From: Octopus vulgaris
Lineage: Eukaryota
Assembly: GCA_951406725.2 (NCBI GenBank)
Contig: OX597838.1
Span: forward strand, 42,346,001 to 42,410,000
Direction of reading: 5' to 3'
Length of the DNA: 64,000 bases
Shown here: positions 58,155 through 64,000 of the stretch, one piece after another
Layout: each line of letters begins with the position of its first letter
Position numbering within the stretch: position 1 is the stretch's first letter
Translations under genes and position numbers: made by a program
The notes under the pieces: model-generated
What the model saw: the letters and a program-made list of their open reading frames with translations, nothing else
Told to the model about the DNA's origin: nothing
Databases searched by the model: none

Positions 58155-61100
58155 CTGTTGTGTCTGGGGAGAGTCATTCTCTTTTAGTGCCTTATTATTT
58201 AACACACTCACTGGTAAAATTTCCACTTATTTCTTATTTTTATTTCCTAAAATTTTTGTTGCGTCTTGCAACCTTTTCAATAGTCTTGACTCTTTAGGTA
58301 TGCTAAATAAATGTCAAGACTATTGAAAAGGCTGCAAGACGCAACAAAAATTTTAGGAAATAAAAATAAGAAATAAGTGGAAATTTTACCGGTCAGTGTG
58401 TTAAATAATAAGGCACTGAACCGGAACTCAGCTCTGCAAGAAAGTTTCAGTCTTCGTGAGGATGGACAAATCTGGAGATTTGTTAAGACTGGTGAAATGT
58501 GGAAGAGAGATACCAGCTGGTCTGAGTGCTCTCTACCCACAATAACTGAAAATGGAAAAAAACTACAGCAACTCTGGGAAACTAAACCAGAACAACCTGC
58601 CATCCTCTACACACCATCATAAACTGCAAGCAGGGTACAAATTGTTGTCCTTAAATGCTTGCAGTTTATGCAACAAAATACATCTGTTCAACTCCTTCGT
58701 CAGAAGTATTGACCCTGACTTCATCACAGTCACGGAAACATGGGCACATTCCTTACTCTGTGATGGGGTTTTCAACATTACTGGGTACAACCTTTTCCGC
58801 AAGGACCGCATTAACCGCCATGGGGGTGGTGTGATGGTCTACGTTCGTTCAAATTTTTCGGTAATTCCTTGTGCTGATTTGAACGAATCACAAGAAGAAG
58901 TTTTTTTCTGTGACATACGTATGACCATGTCAACACTCCTGCTTGGCGTTGTTTATTGTCCTCCAAATTACCATTATGACACACAGCTTTGCGATATCCT
59001 TCGAGCTGCTGCCAGGAAAACAGCCACTTATGTTTTTATTGCAAGCGACTTCAATCATCCTGAGATCAATTGGGAAACCTTCCATTGGCCACAGAGTGCA
59101 AAAGATTTCGTTGAGTTTGTACTGGACTCAAACTGATCACAAGTAGTCACCTCTCCAACAAGAGGCGACAACACCTTGGACTTGCTCTTCACCACAACTC
59201 CTGAAGCGGTTATCAATTGTACTATGAAGGAACCTCTAGATGACTCTGATCATGCTATGATCATCGCCAATCTGGCTCTTGCGGGCAACAACAAAAACCT
59301 GAACCATCTCCAATCTGCTTCCTTCGATTGGAAGAGAGCAGATTGGAACCTGTACCACACTGAATTACAGCACCCTAACTGGCATGAATTCAACAACTCT
59401 GGAGATGTGAATACTATACTCCAGAGTATCCTGGACTCAATATGGGCAGCATGTGCAGCATCAGTGCCACGTAAACAGAAAAATAAGAACCACTCCAAAA
59501 GTGCAATTTGGGAAACTTCAGCGGTCCGACTTGCCAGGAAGGAACGTCGGATTGCTGAACTGGAATACAAGTTGCATAAATCAGACACCAACAGGAAAAA
59601 GTGGAATAAATCTTCCAACCATCTCAAGCAAGTGACAAAAAAAGCAGTGCTTGAATTTGAACAGTGCATAGCAGCCAATCCTGACAGCAAGGTTTTCTGG
59701 AAATATGTGCATTTGAAGCAGAGACTTCACTCTCCAGTGGGCCCTCTTCGCAACTCTCACACAAGCCAGATCACTGACGATCCCAAGGAATGCGCAGAAC
59801 TCATTGCCGAGTGCTATGCAAGCATATTCACCATCTCTAACAGCAAATTCCATAACAACTATGGAATTTACACCTGCAATGCTGCGACATCACCTTCAAA
59901 ATAAGCGCAACTATGCCTCCCCTGGTCTTGATGGCGTTACATACCTGCTTCTCAAACATGGCAGGTACTTCCTTTTACACCAGCTTTCTATTTTTTTTCC
60001 AGTACTGTCTCAACAATGGTGCTACTCCGGAGCAGTGGAAAACCGCCAGTGTCATTCCTCTGTTCAAAAAGGGCGACCGCACATCACCTGTCAACTATCG
60101 CCCAGTCAGTCTCACTAGCTGTATTGCAAAACTGATGGAATCGTGTGTCAGAGAAACACTTTGGAACTTCTGGAGCCCTCACAGTCTCATCCGACCCTCA
60201 CAATATGGATTTGTCCCTAACTCCAGCTGCAGTGATCAGCTTGTCGAGTTCCTTGAGGACATTACTCAGATCACTGACAGTGGCTCATGGGTGGATGTTG
60301 TCTACCTTGCCTTTGCTAAGGCTTTTAATTCTGTGCCACACAAAAGGCTTATGGTGAAACCCTCTGCAATGGGTGTGAGGGATGATCTTTTTAACTGGTT
60401 GAAATCCTTCATTCTCAGCCGAAAGGAGGTAGTCACAGTTCTAGGACAGCATTCTACACCATATGAGATGTCATCGGGTGTACCACAGGGATCTGTTCTT
60501 GGTCCCCTCTTGTTTGTGGCATACATTAATGACATAGATGCCAATTTAAAGAATGCCACAGTATTGAAATATGCAGACGACATCAAGCTGTACCTTGAAA
60601 TCAAGAGGACAGATCCTGATGTCTACAACTCTTTCCTGCAATCAGATCTGGACACAATGCAGCAATGGATCACAGACTGGCAACTGAAACTGGCTGTGGA
60701 CAAGTGTACCACCATGCATTTTGGGAGAAAAAACCCTGCGTCCACATACTCCCTCCACAACACTGATATCAAGAAATCCTCTTGTGAGCGTGACCTAGGC
60801 ATCACTGTCAGCAGTGATTTGCGTTGGACAAAGCTTATCTCTAAAATTGTCAAGAAGGCCAAGGGTGTCTTGGCATCACTCTGCAAGACTTTTGTTAGCC
60901 GCTCTCCAGCCATCTATTTAAAGCTGTATACAGCTATGGTACGACCACACTTGGAATTCACATCATCAGTTTGGAACCCCTATCTTGCTCAGAACATTGA
61001 CCTCCTGGAATCTGTTCAGAGACGTGCAACCAAACGCATACCCTCCATCAGACACCTACCATACTCTGAGCGCCTTGTTTCCCTGGGCATGGATTCACTG

Positions 61101-61576
61101 AAGCTCCAGCATCTGGCGATGGACTTGGTAAACACCCTCAAAGTTATCAACCATCTCACCAACAACAACACTGAACACCTTTTTGATCTCCATGTGTCCA
61201 ACACACGTGGACATGCCTACAAAGTCAGAAAACAGCACAGCTCCCATGACTTTCGGAAACATTTTTTCACGCTAAGAATTGCTGAAGCATGGAACAAACT
61301 GCCTGCGTCAGTTGTTGACTGCCATGACACTGCATTCTTTAAGGCCCTCATGCTTTCCGAAATCCGCCGAAACTACACCTGATTGTCCCCCTTCCATACT
61401 CATACACATATGTGTATGTCATGACTCATGCACTGTTCTTTTCCTGATGCTTGTACATTACCCTATGTACTATACATACACTTTAGATGAGTTGTAGTGC
61501 ACCTGAGCACTGTACACAATGTTTTATTATTATTATTATATTATTAAAAGAGAATGACTCTCCCCAGACACAACAG
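58155..61576. repeat. 136-bp-arm palindrome (left arm 58155-58290; right arm 58313-58417 + 61546-61576) interrupted by the LINE
   Basis: Arms are reverse complements with 3 mismatches by eye and a 22-nt loop. The right arm resumes exactly after the LINE tail. Confidence 0.92.
58418..61545 (+). mobile_element. 5'-truncated CR1/L2-group LINE (APE endonuclease + RT), inactivated
   Basis: ORFs 58552..59136 (LNACSL, VTETW, GGGV, DFNHP), 59176..59904 (LDL, DSDH) and 59913..61382 (NYRPVSL, GVPQGSVLGP, YADD). In-frame TGA at 59134, two frameshifts near 59850 and 59995, RT motif-A Asp lost (YLAFAKAFN). 3' stem-loop GTAGTGC-acctga-GCACTGT followed by an (ATT)n tail. Confidence 0.93.
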
Positions 61577-61672
61577 AATATGCTTCAACACACGAACTCA
61601 TATAAAGAATCTTGCAAACTAAATCCAAAAACGAGTGCCTCTCCAAAAGAGAGAGAGAGGGATATATATACA

Positions 61673-61744
<72 letters not shown>

Positions 61745-61745
<1 letters not shown>

Positions 61746-62090
61746 TAGCAGTATCACCCGGCATTGCTCGGGTTTGTTTTGACCCTTTAGAATTGAAATT
61801 TTTGAAAAGTAAAAACTTTGTATTATGTAGCTTGTTATTCTCTTTAAGTGAACATTTTTCTGGTTGAAATACACTGAAAAATGGCGACATGGCAGTAAAA
61901 AAATCATAAAAAATAGGGATTTTCATAGAAAAAAGGCACCTTCTTGATGTAAATAATTTTTGGTGTTAACATGGTCCAATTTGAATTGAAGAGCAAGCCT
62001 TCTTCTATCATACTTTCAATTTTGGTCAACTTGCGCCGCAGGGTCTCAGAGGAGATAGTGTTAGTTCAAGGCTACCAAATATATATATAA
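61745..62090 (-). mobile_element. Non-autonomous Helitron
   Basis: Minus-strand 3' end has a CCCG-N8-CGGG hairpin (61757-61772) followed by CTAG|T within a (TA)n run. The same terminus occurs at 11203. Confidence 0.7.
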
Positions 62091-62951
62091 AACTGAGAAT
62101 GTCTGTCTGTTTCCCTAAAGCTTGAGAACTACACAACCAATTTCATTCAAATTTTACACATTGCCTTACTTAGGGTCCATGTAGTTTCATGGGCAAAAAA
62201 ATGTTCAACTTCTTGCCTAGGGTGAGCTCATAGCAATATCATATCTTCTCCACTATTTCAGTATTACGTGTTAAAAGTGAAACAAAAACATTTCTCTATT
62301 TTATGTCAGATGCTTTCACTTTAACAATAAAAATAATAATAACAATTGAATTATATGTAGTAAGTAATAATTAAAATCAAACTAAAGTATAATATAATCG
62401 TAACATAACAAAAGTAAAAATAGCAATTGGTATAAAATTGCATCAATGACTTGAACTTGAATAAGTGGTTTCACATGAATGGGAATAAATTAAAAATAAA
62501 ATTAGCGTGCAGAAATGGAATAGTCCAGATGGAGGTGTGCACATACTGTTTACCACGGCTTTTACATTAGATTATCTGCTAATTAGCTAGCATTAAGTAT
62601 CTATATGAAGTTTAGCTGTATGTAATGTCTGTTTTCTCGAACAGCCGCTTCTACTGAGTACTGCTGTTGGTTTATTTCTTACACATAAAGGACTATAGCT
62701 TCAACTGTGTACTGCTTTTTGATTCACCGTAAGATTTGTTGTTATTATTATTACTGTTTAACTATTGTTATCACGTTTGTTGGTTCCTCGTAAGGGAAAT
62801 GTTGTTGTGTTGCATTTGTTAAATAATTGTAAACTGTAACCCTCCCCCTTTGGGAGAAGGAGCATTGGTTATCGTTTAAAAATAGAATTGTATCCCTGTT
62901 TGGGGAAATTGACAATATTTTCACCATTTACACGGAAGCATTTTTGTTAGA

Positions 62952-63500
62952 ATGCCTTTGATAGAAGAAAGTCCAAAAATGAATTTCGCTGCAGCCATCG
63001 GCAGGCGCGAACTCATTAAAATTAAAATGGAAGAAATACAAACCTATTTTGGATTGATCACTGACAAAGACGGTGAATCTAGGATAACACCACCAAACGA
63101 AATAAAAAATTAAATTAAAGAAAAGACTGTTGTCTTTAAAGTATACAATGTAGAGAAAAAAAAAAGATTTGAACACCTGGAGGAAAGCATCATCGAAGTG
63201 TCTTGGTGCGACTATGAAAGATATCTAACCAGAGGCGGTAAATTCGCCACAATAGAAGCAAGGTTCGAGTCAACGGAGCATGCAAGGGAGTACTCGACTT
63301 GAACCTTGCGAAGTGGAAATATTTTATTTTTACCTTTATATCTGGGACGTAGGACGTCCCGGATAAAAATTAAAAATGTCCCCCCAGAAGTAGAGGTAGT
63401 CTGGATTGTAGCCACACTTCTATACAAGAGGGAGGACAAGATACAATTGATTGAAATTGCAAGAGACGGGCCTACAATTCCAGTTTGTTATATATTTTGA
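62952..63500 (+). pseudogene. LINE ORF1 (gag-like/RRM)-like pseudo-ORF
   Basis: One frame with two internal stops: MPLIEESPKMNFAAAIG...FESTEHAREYS..LFLPLYLGRRTSRIKIKNVPPEV, resembling L1/Tx1-type ORF1 N-termini. Confidence 0.45.
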
Positions 63501-63620
63501 GTATTGTTATCACTAGCGATATCAAGATATAACTTTGTATTTTGTATTTTATGTGTAGATGTATATATATAGATGTACATGTAATATGTACACATATATA
63601 CATGCACTAGCACTATGACC

Positions 63621-63722
63621 CGGCAACGACGGGTCATCGGCAACGATGGGTCATTGGCAACGACGGGTCATCGGCAACGACGGGTCATCGGCAACGACGG
63701 GTCATCGGCAACGACGGGTCAT
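63621..63722 (+). repeat. Six tandem copies of the 17-mer CGGCAACGACGGGTCAT
   Basis: Units start at 63621, 63638, 63655, 63672, 63689 and 63706; only two variants, both CpG->TpG. Confidence 0.97.
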
Positions 63723-63730
63723 AACGCTAG

Positions 63731-63762
<32 letters not shown>

Positions 63763-64000
63763 TACATATGTATACTTACACACACACACATATATATACA
63801 TATCATCATCATCATCATCATCATCATCATTGTTTAACGTTTGCCTTCTATAGTGGCATGGGTGGGGTCATTTGACAAGAGCTGGCCAGGTAAAGTAATA
63901 TACTTTATTAATAAAGCTCTGATGATTTGCAGCTTTATTAATAAAATATGTGTATTTATATATATATATATATATCCATAGTAATGGTAAAACAACAAAA

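Larger units (their letters stand above)
62080..63730 (+). mobile_element. Non-autonomous Helitron with captured sequence
   Basis: 5' TATATATAAAACTGAGAATGTCTGTCTG is typical of small animal Helitrons; the 3' end has an ATGACCCG/CGGGTCAT hairpin and CTAG|T at 63727-63731. Continuity of the interior is inferred. Confidence 0.55.

Noticed and set aside
59250-61204. Minus-strand ORFs overlapping the LINE
   Set aside because: They are antisense shadows of ORF2 with no independent motifs.
63621-63722. CRISPR-like appearance of the 17-bp repeats
   Set aside because: The units are directly adjacent with no spacers, there are no cas genes, and the context is eukaryotic.

Overview
AT-rich, microsatellite-dense eukaryotic DNA. 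The SINE families look like octopus/coleoid cephalopod ones; this is inferred from repeat motifs, not from a database search. The main feature is a complete 7-exon serine/threonine protein phosphatase 1 catalytic subunit gene (alpha/gamma type, 327 aa) on the - strand, CDS 43476->2036, with a ~24.6 kb first intron and GT-AG sites at every junction. A second, unidentified gene probably runs divergently on the + strand from a CpG-richer promoter with CCAAT and YY1-like motifs; it has one convincing exon (54583-54939) and two weaker candidates. The rest is transposon material: tRNA-derived SINEs, RTE, CR1/L2 and RLE-type LINE fragments, hAT and piggyBac-type MITEs, and Helitrons, often nested. 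The most unusual structure is a 136-bp-arm palindrome split by a 3.1-kb LINE, with Penelope pLTR-like traits (degenerate U3-A8 hammerhead-like core, AATAAA, 57-nt intron-like unit, ATG). Also notable are head-to-head Helitrons, one carrying a LINE-ORF1-like fragment and a six-fold amplified terminator unit, and inverted SINEs around PP1 exons 2-4. I cannot establish a wholly new biological system from sequence alone; these are leads to test.
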